Position numbers and translations under genes: made by a program
Origin: an uncultured Gammaproteobacteria bacterium
GTDB taxonomy: Bacteria > Patescibacteriota > Microgenomatia > UBA10105 > UBA927
DNA length: 64,000 nucleotides
Direction of reading: 5' to 3'
NCBI GenBank assembly: GCA_964596355.1
Contig: CAZQTD010000001.1
Coordinates: 68,446 to 132,445, forward strand
Notes under the pieces: generated by a model
The model's input: only the letters and a program-made list of their open reading frames with translations
Told to the model about the DNA's origin: nothing
Databases searched by the model: none
Shown here: one piece after another, positions 40,534-48,831 of the stretch
How the letters are laid out: the number at the start of each line of letters is the position of its first letter
Numbering within the stretch: the first letter of the stretch is position 1

Positions 40534-40794
40534 GAACCACAAAATCCTCTTTGTCTATGTTTCACACCACACCTCCTTATCAATCTTTATTCTTTATTAT
40601 CTGATCAGAAGTGGTGTTTTGCATGAGAGCGAACCGATGGGTCTTTTGTACGAGCAGCCTTACTCTGTTTCCATAGCCTTACTCTGTTTGCGCCTCAAGC
40701 GCGCGAGCGATACTTTTGCCTACAGCAACGCTCTTTATAGCTCGTTACCTTCCCACCTTCAATGTTCCCTTCATGCGGGTTATTTCTTCATCGT

Positions 40795-41067
40795 TCAAAA
40801 TGTCCCATCCTTGAGATATTTGGCAACATGCGTGCGGCGCGCTTCCATGTCCATACCTTCTGTTTTTTGTGGCATCTTTAGTTCGTCTGTTGTGAGATAG
40901 TGTAAATCATACTCGTCGAAACCATATCCATCTTCTTCTTCTTCTTCTTCTTCGATGGTTAGCTTTCTTGACTGGCCATCAATGCCATCGTCGATCAACC
41001 TGCGAAGCGCGACCAAATGGTGCATGGGACTGGAAGAACCTGCAGGCGATGGAAAGCATAAATGCAA
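40795..41067 (-). CDS. Acidic small hypothetical protein containing a poly-Glu tract encoded by (GAA)7
   Basis: An ORF only, inside an 830-bp low-coding stretch; the (TTC)7 run on the + strand is at 40935..40955. Confidence 0.3.
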   Translation of the reverse strand: MHLCFPSPAGSSSPMHHLVALRRLIDDGIDGQSRKLTIEEEEEEEDGYGFDEYDLHYLTTDELKMPQKTEGMDMEARRTHVAKYLKDGTF

Positions 41068-41357
41068 GAGCAGAGCTCTTTTTTTTTACCTTGCTTTCCC
41101 AAGTGCCAGTACAGGGGACACTGACAGCCTTAACCTCATTTCTATCAAAAGAAAATATGGTGCGGCCGATCCGGCTGTTTTCCCCCTGGTGATACATTGG
41201 GATAAAAGAGACATAATGAACGCCCCCCCAACGTGCATGTACTTGGGCCTGTTTGATCAAGAAGATCATCGATCGCGGCGTTTCTTGACTCATGCGTGCA
41301 GGGGATAAAGCGGAACGTGTCGCATTGACGCGGGCTTTGGAAGTGGAAGGTTATTGC

Positions 41358-42791
41358 TTACTCCTCCTTCGGGGCGGGTTCACTAGATGTTTGCGTATCC
41401 TCCGGAGGCGTGGAGACTTCTGGGGGTGTGGAGACGCCCATCCCGCTTATTGCCTTTTCCATCATCGGTACAATGCCGCTGCGATACATAACCGGATACT
41501 GGCGCGGGCTTGATAAAACGATAATCGCGACAGCAACAAGCGCTATAGTGAGCCACACAACAGTGAGCCCTGCAGTTCCCAAACCGTATCCCGCGCCGCG
41601 CTTCAGCCCCATAAAGAGGCTTGGGGCGATGAGGAATAATCCGTAGACGCCCAGCGATACGATGACGATAAACGCCGTGACGAGCATCTGGCTTTCATAA
41701 GGAACTACCTGTGAAAGCGAGCGCATGATGATGACGAGCCCCACCGTGAACGCGACGATGACGAATGCAGAAACGAAACTTAGACCGAACGCGAGGAGCA
41801 CGTTTTGTGCCTTGGTGTCCACTGCTGGCTCTTGTTTTGGAGGTGCGCCGCCGTCCTTTACCAGCGTACGGATGATCAAAAACAGGAGGGCTGAGACAAC
41901 AATCAATGCCGCGCCGCCGCCGGCAAGCTCTGTGCCGTAGAGTTTGAGGATCGAATCCGCGTACGCACCTTTCGTGGTGTAGGAGTCAAGCGGCTGGAGG
42001 TTGGTTGCGGTTTTGACGATCTCTCCCTGACCGACCTCTTGGTAAAACCGGTCAATCTGCGCGCTGGCAACCGGCGCTGCCATCGCATCAGCGGCTTTGA
42101 GCGCCATGTTGGCTTCTTCTATGCGGTAGTTCACGCTTCCTTTCACGCCGCGAAGAACCAAGTCCGAATCCGTGCGGATGCCGATCTGAACGTGTTCAAT
42201 CGGCGCGTCGACTTTGAGCGTTTCAAACGTATAGGTGCGCGCGCCAACGATGGTTTTTTTGGTATAGCCTGACGCGCGAAAAGAAAGGAGAATGCTTGCC
42301 GATGCGTTGGGTTTAACGGTTTTTGGGAGAGCAATGGTCAGCGTATCGGTTTTCATTGTCGTTGCCGCCTTTTGGTACTTGGCGGTGCCGTCCCAGATAT
42401 ACAAGTAGTTTGGCTCTTCGTACCGGTCACACACCGGGCTTCGAGATTCCGCCACAAGCGGCTTGTAGCTTACGCAGCGCGGTTCTTTGATGACCTGGTA
42501 GACAACCAAATCTCGGGGCTCCACGCGCGGAACGCGCAAAACAAGCTCGCGCAGGGGCGTTTCTTCGGTATTGGTGAAGATAATGCGCGCGTGTACGACG
42601 GCTTCACCATTGCCGCGAAACGTGACGGTGTAGGCGTGGTTTTGACCAAAGAGCTGGGTGGGATCGCCCGGATAGATCATCATTTCCGAGCGCTTGCCGA
42701 CCGTCTCGTCAATCGTTTGGGCATTGGTGACGGCAGTAGAGACGAACAAGAGAAAAAGGACAGTAACGAGGCTCGCAAGTTTTTTCATCAT
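41358..42791 (-). CDS. Exported protein: signal peptide + ~300-aa extracytoplasmic domain + C-terminal 4-5 TM block + Pro/Glu/Ser/Thr tail
   Basis: Start MMKKLASLVTVLFLLFVSTAVTNA is signal-like. The track start at 42887 is probably too long. Confidence 0.6.
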   Translation of the reverse strand: MMKKLASLVTVLFLLFVSTAVTNAQTIDETVGKRSEMMIYPGDPTQLFGQNHAYTVTFRGNGEAVVHARIIFTNTEETPLRELVLRVPRVEPRDLVVYQVIKEPRCVSYKPLVAESRSPVCDRYEEPNYLYIWDGTAKYQKAATTMKTDTLTIALPKTVKPNASASILLSFRASGYTKKTIVGARTYTFETLKVDAPIEHVQIGIRTDSDLVLRGVKGSVNYRIEEANMALKAADAMAAPVASAQIDRFYQEVGQGEIVKTATNLQPLDSYTTKGAYADSILKLYGTELAGGGAALIVVSALLFLIIRTLVKDGGAPPKQEPAVDTKAQNVLLAFGLSFVSAFVIVAFTVGLVIIMRSLSQVVPYESQMLVTAFIVIVSLGVYGLFLIAPSLFMGLKRGAGYGLGTAGLTVVWLTIALVAVAIIVLSSPRQYPVMYRSGIVPMMEKAISGMGVSTPPEVSTPPEDTQTSSEPAPKEE

Positions 42792-43130
42792 GTAAACGTA
42801 GTGTACACTACGAAAGTCCATTGCTGTCAACCAGTGTGACGCGCGGGTCGTGCCGTGTTTACTATTATTTGCGCCCAGTCGTAACAAAATTTCCTAAGAT
42901 CCCGGCTCGCAGGGTTATCATCATGCGTGCCTCTTCTTGTTTATCTGGCTCGCGTCATCCACCGCATAAGCTGGTGGGTTCCGCGTTCATTGCTCGAGCC
43001 TTCTGGAGTTTAGCTCGGGTGGGATCTACGGAAATTTTATTCTGCCCGCGTGCTTCTCTGTCATAGTGCTTATCTACCAACAGATACATATACAGGTATA
43101 CGTCCGTAATGTGTGTTACAATTTGAAAAC

Positions 43131-43943
43131 ATGAAAAAGGCAGTCAAGCCGGCGCCGCCGAAACCCGGTACGCGGTTTGAGTCATTTACCAAGCCCACAA
43201 CAGAATTTACTAAGGCGCTTGCCGAAGAAATCGTCAAAGGATTGACGAGCTTTGGCAGGTTTACCGCGCGGCCGTTTACCCGCCCTCCGGTCGAAGTGCC
43301 CAGCGAGCCTGCGGGCGTTCCCAAAAAACCGTTTGACCCCGGAGAGCACCCGATCGTTGTGGACACAAGCGCGCTTATTGACGCGCGGATTTTGCCTATC
43401 GTCAACAGCGGATTTTTAAGCGGCACGCTTATCATCCCTGAATTTGTCTTGGGCGAAGTCCAGCACATCGCAGACAGCGCCGATTCGCTTCGGCGCGCCA
43501 AAGGCAGGCGGGGACTGGATATTGCCGGCAAAATACGCACGCAAAAGGCCAACAGCCTCGTTAAGACGGTTGTCGTTTCTGAAGATCCGCAGGACATAAA
43601 CGAAGTGGACCATAAGCTTGTGGCGCTTGCCAAGCGGTGGCATGCGCGGCTTTTAACCGTAGATTTTGCCTTGGGACACCTTGCACGCGCTCACGGCGTG
43701 TGGGTCATCAACGTGACCGATCTTGCGCAGGCACTGAAAGCGTCGCTTATGCCGGGCGAAGAACTCACAATCAAAATTGCCCATGCAGGCAAAGAGCGGG
43801 AGCAGGGCGTTGGATACCTTGGCGACGGCACGATGGTTATTGTCGATAACGCAAAAGATAAAGTAGGTCAGGAACTCATTGCTGTGGTTACTAAAATCCA
43901 CCAAACCCCCGCGGGTCAGCTGTTTTTCGCGAGACTGAAGTAA
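43131..43943 (+). CDS. PIN and TRAM domain protein (YacL-like)
   Basis: PIN acidic residues (VVDTSALID...), C-terminal TRAM beta-barrel GELTIKIAHAGKEREQGVGYLGDGTMVIV. Confidence 0.8.
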   Translation: MKKAVKPAPPKPGTRFESFTKPTTEFTKALAEEIVKGLTSFGRFTARPFTRPPVEVPSEPAGVPKKPFDPGEHPIVVDTSALIDARILPIVNSGFLSGTLIIPEFVLGEVQHIADSADSLRRAKGRRGLDIAGKIRTQKANSLVKTVVVSEDPQDINEVDHKLVALAKRWHARLLTVDFALGHLARAHGVWVINVTDLAQALKASLMPGEELTIKIAHAGKEREQGVGYLGDGTMVIVDNAKDKVGQELIAVVTKIHQTPAGQLFFARLK

Positions 43944-44094
43944 CGCTCTCCTGCGTCCACACGAATGTCGAGGACGGCACACGTTATCCTAAACTTATCC
44001 ACAAAATAATTTGTAAAAGTTTTTGGCGCGCCATAAAGGGATAAATAGTAATTAAAAAACTATAAGTCTATGTTTTTTTTCATATGAAAATCCT

Positions 44095-44340
44095 ATGGGA
44101 CTTGACAAACAGCGTTGGACGGTGTTTGATAGATATGTGATACGGCTACTGCTAGAAACATTTGGGCTCTCTTCCGCAAACGGCGGAGAAGAGAAGGGTT
44201 TCGCACATTTTTTGGGCAAGAGGCGCGAAAAGCGGGAATCGCCGCTTGCGGCCGAACGCAAACGCTACAGTCGCGAGGTAGGCGATCAGCTTGCGGCACT
44301 TACAAAGAAGGGGCTGCATATCCCCGTATTTACGCTGTAA
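44095..44340 (+). CDS. Hypothetical basic protein (81 aa)
   Basis: An ORF followed by a canonical terminator; no recognisable domain. Confidence 0.35.
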   Translation: MGLDKQRWTVFDRYVIRLLLETFGLSSANGGEEKGFAHFLGKRREKRESPLAAERKRYSREVGDQLAALTKKGLHIPVFTL

Positions 44341-44360
44341 AAGACATTGGGCACAAAAAG

Positions 44361-44384
44361 ATCCAGCCGACGCTGGATTTTTTT
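44361..44384 (+). terminator. Rho-independent terminator
   Basis: ATCCAGC-cgac-GCTGGAT followed by TTTTTT. Confidence 0.6.
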
Positions 44385-44763
44385 GTGGGAAACTGTTTGA
44401 GGCGAAACCCTTCGTGAGGTTATGTCCTGAATGGGAAGTTGATCGCCTGCCCAACAATCAACTCCCCATTCAGCACACGTCTCGTCAACGGCACAACACT
44501 CAAGCCTATTATCGTCCGCACACCAATGCTACTCGATTATTGATAGAAAGATTGTTTCGTTGGGATTGTATATCGCAACATGCGGCTTGTCAAATGGTTC
44601 CGTGCGACCGCTTTTCAGGGAGATGATTTTATCGCGTCACAACAATCTAAAGAAAACAAGTTGGCTTCGACAAAAAAGTTGACAGAAAAATCAGAGGTCT
44701 GTTAGTGTAGGAAGTTAGGCATCGTTCTTTTTGCCCAATGAGGACGCTGCCAACATTAAAAGG

Positions 44764-44820
44764 CATTACTACTCGTAGCGAGACCCAAACCCAAAGCTAG
44801 CGGTAGTGATGCTTTTTTTT
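44764..44820. terminator. Long imperfect hairpin flanked by A-run/T8; likely bidirectional terminator
   Basis: CATTACTACTCGTAGC...GCTAGCGGTAGTGATG followed by CTTTTTTTT. Lies at the 3' end of the minus-strand GT-C gene. Confidence 0.55.
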
Positions 44821-44837
44821 CGTGAACAAGCGTTTTG

Positions 44838-46535
44838 TTACGGGCAGATTGTTTCTGTTGCAAAAATTGCCGAGCGCCTGTCAGAAGAAACAAACGCCGG
44901 CTGGTATGTCGCAAGGTAGTACGAAAGATCGATCCGCGGCAAATTAGAATCGCCCTGCACGTCTTTCACCGTGATAAACGAGATGTTATACCGCGCAAGG
45001 AGCGGACAGATGACGCTCGTGTCGCGGCTTTCATACATGGTGTTCATCACAGGCATTCTGTTTTCGCGGTATCCCGCGCTCCAGGGAAAGTACGGCCAGC
45101 CCAGAAAAATCCGTCGTCCCGCAATGGAAGCGGGATGATACAGATACTGGTGGTTGAGAAAAATAGCGCCCGGATCCGTGTTGCGGGCGATCCAAGTCGC
45201 TGCCTCATCGGCGGCCACATCCGGCACTCGTCCACGCGTGTCGTTAAATACAACGAAAAAATCGATGAGGCCGCTTAGTGTGAGCGCGCCCACAAGGCTA
45301 AGCGCGGTAACCGCCTGAAGAAGCAGCCTCAATGGCCTCATGGGTACGCGGCTCCACTGGTGAAGAATCCACACAATGGCGTATGCAGAAAGCATGGCGC
45401 CCAGAATCATCATGAAGTTAAAGAATTTGTGGTTCGCGGTAACTTCTACAGAGAACTTAAAGAGGTTGGGGATCAGAAACAGGGGGATAAGAGGGAGGAA
45501 AAGCCTTTTGGTTTTGAGCGGGACAAGGAGGAATCCGATCGGGACAAGGATCGCATGGAGGCCAAGATTGTAGAACCAGTGGGTAACGAATGCGGAAACG
45601 GTCAGCTCATTATGGAGAATGTACCCGGGGTGCCACTCAAACGCTTGTGCGCTGCCTTCTGGCATCGTAAGGATTTGTGGGAGAATCAGAAGCAATCCCA
45701 GAGCGCCAGTTGCTACAAGAAACCATCGAAGGCGCGGAAAACCAAGGAAATATACTGCCATGATGATTGCAGTGATAAGAAGCGTAGGCTGGTGGAAATA
45801 CGGGAGGATGCCCATGGCGATGCCCCAGAGGACTGCCCATGGGAGCTGCGTGCGACGTGGTTTGCGCATGAGCGTTAGGCAGTGTAGGATAAACAGGAGA
45901 ACGAGCGCAAATGCGGCGGCCAAGTGACGCTGGTTCGTGTAGATATTCAGATTCCAAAACGCAGTCACCCAGCCTTCGCCCCACGGCGCAAACGCAGGGA
46001 ACTCGCGGGCGTTGATGATGTCCTGAATTGTGCGGGTCGAAAGCGGGTGGGTGTGGAAAAACCGCAGGAATGCAAGCGATCCGTTGAACAAAAAAAACAC
46101 GAGCGACAACAGGGCAACCGCGGGCTTCTTGAAAACTTGTAGGGCAAACAGATAGATGCCGGCAAGCAGCAAAAAGAATCCCAGCGCGCTGGGCACATTG
46201 AGCGCCCAATCAATGCGAACGCCGATACGCTCAAGCAAGCCCACGAGCATGTAAAAGAGGAAGTGATAGCGGATTGGCTCTCCTGGGAAGATGGGGTACT
46301 CGACCCCCCGGCCGTCGAAGAGCCGCGAGAGATTGTCTCCCATGGAGAAGGAGCGGATGAGCGGGATGTGCGCGCCAAAATCGCTCCAGAGCTTTAAGGC
46401 AATGGTGATGGACTGCCGTTTGGCGTCATATCCGAACGTGTGGAACATGAGGAAGAAAGAAAAGAGAAGCAGGAATGTCATCCCGGCGGAAGCTGGGATC
46501 CATTGTTTTCGTATAACCTTACAAGATTTTTTCAT
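44838..46535 (-). CDS. GT-C-fold glycosyltransferase, ArnT/PMT (GT39/GT83)-like polytopic membrane protein
   Basis: About 13 TM helices; an N-terminal periplasmic-loop acidic motif region. Confidence 0.65.
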   Translation of the reverse strand: MKKSCKVIRKQWIPASAGMTFLLLFSFFLMFHTFGYDAKRQSITIALKLWSDFGAHIPLIRSFSMGDNLSRLFDGRGVEYPIFPGEPIRYHFLFYMLVGLLERIGVRIDWALNVPSALGFFLLLAGIYLFALQVFKKPAVALLSLVFFLFNGSLAFLRFFHTHPLSTRTIQDIINAREFPAFAPWGEGWVTAFWNLNIYTNQRHLAAAFALVLLFILHCLTLMRKPRRTQLPWAVLWGIAMGILPYFHQPTLLITAIIMAVYFLGFPRLRWFLVATGALGLLLILPQILTMPEGSAQAFEWHPGYILHNELTVSAFVTHWFYNLGLHAILVPIGFLLVPLKTKRLFLPLIPLFLIPNLFKFSVEVTANHKFFNFMMILGAMLSAYAIVWILHQWSRVPMRPLRLLLQAVTALSLVGALTLSGLIDFFVVFNDTRGRVPDVAADEAATWIARNTDPGAIFLNHQYLYHPASIAGRRIFLGWPYFPWSAGYRENRMPVMNTMYESRDTSVICPLLARYNISFITVKDVQGDSNLPRIDLSYYLATYQPAFVSSDRRSAIFATETICP

Positions 46536-46809
46536 ACAAATCTAACCATTTTGGATTGGTCTTTTTGATTAACTCCATTTTCCAATTTCTTTTCCACCAT
46601 TTTAATTGTTTTTCTCTATGAAGAGCCTCTTTAATATCAGTATACATTTCGTAATATACAAGTCGATGCACATGATATTTTTTCGTAAAGCCGTCAACAA
46701 AACCGTATTTATGTTGGGTGACTCGTTTTGGAAGATTATTGGTGACACCGATATACAACGTTCCCCATGGCTTGTTTGCTAGGATATAGACAAAATAGTG
46801 TTTCAGCAT
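46519..46809 (-). CDS. GIY-YIG nuclease family protein (small free-standing, YhbQ/UPF0213-like)
   Basis: YFVYILANKPWGTLYIGVTNNLPKRVTQHK GIY-YIG motif. The gene is ~35% GC against ~52% for its neighbours and overlaps the upstream gene start by 17 bp. Confidence 0.85.
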   Translation of the reverse strand: MLKHYFVYILANKPWGTLYIGVTNNLPKRVTQHKYGFVDGFTKKYHVHRLVYYEMYTDIKEALHREKQLKWWKRNWKMELIKKTNPKWLDLYEKIL

Positions 46810-46824
46810 GGTATGGATTCCGGC

Positions 46825-48132
46825 TCAAGGCCGGAATGACATGAGAGACTGAGCGGCGCGTTTGCCCAGTTCGACCGCGTAGTTCGTGCCGCGGTCCCAC
46901 GGGTAGATGCTGTCGAGGTTTGCCAGATAGACGTTCGGGATTCGAGTTTCGAATTTCGCAGCGCGGGCACTGTAGTGGAGCTCGTGGACGGGCTGGGCGT
47001 ACAATCCAATAAACAAGCGGCAACTGCGCACATCAGACGCACGAAATGAAGGATTCAAGCGCTTGATATACGGGAGAAATGTCTTGAAAATCTGGGCCTT
47101 GGTCATCGCCAGATACGGGTGGCCGTCGGGCAGATAGTTGCCGAAGTAGGTGATGTGGCATCCGCCATAATACCTCGTGTCGATCATGTTGGTGTGGGCA
47201 ACGACGGCCAGGAACGGAAACGACCGGTCGGTGACGTTGAGCCAGTAGATGGAATGAAGGATCGGACTTCGAGTTTCGAGAATCAGCGTCTGCGCGTGGA
47301 GGTGGGGAATTTGAGTTGTGAGGTGTGAGTTGTGGGTCGCAAGTAGTTTTGCGGCGATGGGGGTGGGGACAGTGAGCAACACGGTATCAAAGAGGCCCTT
47401 TTTATGCCCCTGCGTCACTACCAGTTTTGTCGCCGTTTTTCTCAAGCGTTGTTGCGTTGTTGCGTTGTTGCGTTGAACAGAAGAAACAGAGGCATTGGTG
47501 TGAATTGTTCCCCCTCGGTTTTTTATTTCCTTAGCCAGCGTTTCGACCACGGTGTGGAACCCGCCCTCGATGTAGTAGAGGCGGGGTGTGCGCTTTTTAA
47601 TTCTGGCCCACAGCCATGAGGCGGCAACCGTTGGCGCAAAATCACCGAATTTTCCAATCATGAGTGGTTGCCATAGTGTCTGCCAGGCCCGTTTGCCACC
47701 TATTGAAGTAAAAAGTTGTTCAGCGGTTATGTTTTCCAGCGGCTGCCAGAAGGGATTGAGTTTCATCGCGGCGATAAGCGCGCCGGTGCGCAGGCGGTCA
47801 AACAAGGAAAGTAAGGGAAATTGCAAAAGGCGGATGGGCGAGTCGAGCTGGTAGAAAGCGCCGTTATAATAACTTGCCGTAATCGGCCGCGTAAGGAGGA
47901 GCGTATCGGTGAGGCCCAGTTCGTTGATAAGGCCGATGATCGCATGGTCGTTGGTGAACAGGTGGTGGTAGGCGTTTTCCAGATGCCAATCCCACCCGTT
48001 TTCCTTAAATCCGTGCGCCAGTCCACCCAACTGTGTATCGCGCTCAAACACGGTCACCTGATGACCCTTCTTGAGAAGCTCGTACGCCGCAGTAAGGCCG
48101 GTAAATCCTCCGCCGATAATTGCCACGTTCAT
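46825..48132 (-). CDS. FAD-dependent oxidoreductase (flavin amine-oxidase/protoporphyrinogen-oxidase-like family)
   Basis: N-terminal dinucleotide motif VAIIGGGFTGLTAAYEL...VFERDTQLGG. Start at MNVAIIGGG (48132). Contains an 8-bp tandem repeat. Confidence 0.75.
   Translation of the reverse strand: MNVAIIGGGFTGLTAAYELLKKGHQVTVFERDTQLGGLAHGFKENGWDWHLENAYHHLFTNDHAIIGLINELGLTDTLLLTRPITASYYNGAFYQLDSPIRLLQFPLLSLFDRLRTGALIAAMKLNPFWQPLENITAEQLFTSIGGKRAWQTLWQPLMIGKFGDFAPTVAASWLWARIKKRTPRLYYIEGGFHTVVETLAKEIKNRGGTIHTNASVSSVQRNNATTQQRLRKTATKLVVTQGHKKGLFDTVLLTVPTPIAAKLLATHNSHLTTQIPHLHAQTLILETRSPILHSIYWLNVTDRSFPFLAVVAHTNMIDTRYYGGCHITYFGNYLPDGHPYLAMTKAQIFKTFLPYIKRLNPSFRASDVRSCRLFIGLYAQPVHELHYSARAAKFETRIPNVYLANLDSIYPWDRGTNYAVELGKRAAQSLMSFRP
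47442..47472. repeat. Tandem 8-bp repeat (GCGTTGTT)x3.5 inside the oxidoreductase CDS
   Basis: gcgttgttgcgttgttgcgttgttgcgttg read directly; the unit is not a multiple of 3. Confidence 0.8.
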
Positions 48133-48783
48133 GCATTGATTGTACCACGCGCGACGTGTCCGAAAAGCTCTCTTGTCTTTTTTCCCCGCGTTGTATATAC
48201 TAGCGATATCGTGATGCATATGGCCCTCATTATCAGCCTGATTGCCATCCTCTTTATTGAGGACCGGCTGGTGTGGGGGAGTTGCGAAGTAACCAAGGAA
48301 CCAAGGAACGAAATAAGTCCCCACACCAGGGGGTTTTTACGTGGAATCGTTGCTCTTTTGAGTCATCGAAAAAGAGCGTATGAGCCATGCATCCTCCCAA
48401 CGTCGCACTTCGAGCCGCGCTACGAACAGGAAGTAAGGCGAGAAGGAAGGCGGGGAGGATTGATGCGAGAGAGGTAAGGATTCTACGGAATGATGCAGAA
48501 ACGGAGGAGAATTGTATGAGAAAAGGTCCGGAAAATGATGCCATTAACAGGCAGGAAGGAGGAAGCGGGCCGCAGCTGCCAGAACCTGCAGTGAGCTTAA
48601 CGCAGACGGGGGTTCCTGTTTTTTCAACTGACAAAGCCGCCATACGGCACAGAATAGTGACAGGCGGCGGCTCCGCATTTGTCCAAAATCCTGATGGATC
48701 AGCACGGTTACCAGTGGTTGATGGATATCCATATATTTACCCGGGATCAGAATAATGATGATTTGTTAGACCGTTAATGCTGT

Positions 48784-48831
48784 GCGGCCGCATGGAACAA
48801 AGCAGAAACCTACATGTCCATGCGGCCGCAA
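48784..48831. promoter_or_regulatory. 13-bp perfect inverted repeat TGCGGCCGCATGG...CCATGCGGCCGCA (22-nt loop) spanning the start codon of the DUF2298 gene
   Basis: Read directly. The right arm contains codons 2-5 of the gene, so the hairpin would sequester the translation initiation region. Confidence 0.45.

Noticed and set aside
44291-44626. 111-aa + strand ORF rich in Arg/Cys
   Set aside because: It spans an intrinsic terminator, has atypical composition and no RBS.
46480-46510. IPASAGMT N-terminal peptide of the ArnT-like protein resembling widespread palindromic-repeat-encoded peptides
   Set aside because: The underlying DNA (CCCAGCTTCCGCCGGGATGA) is not a clean palindrome and occurs once in the window.
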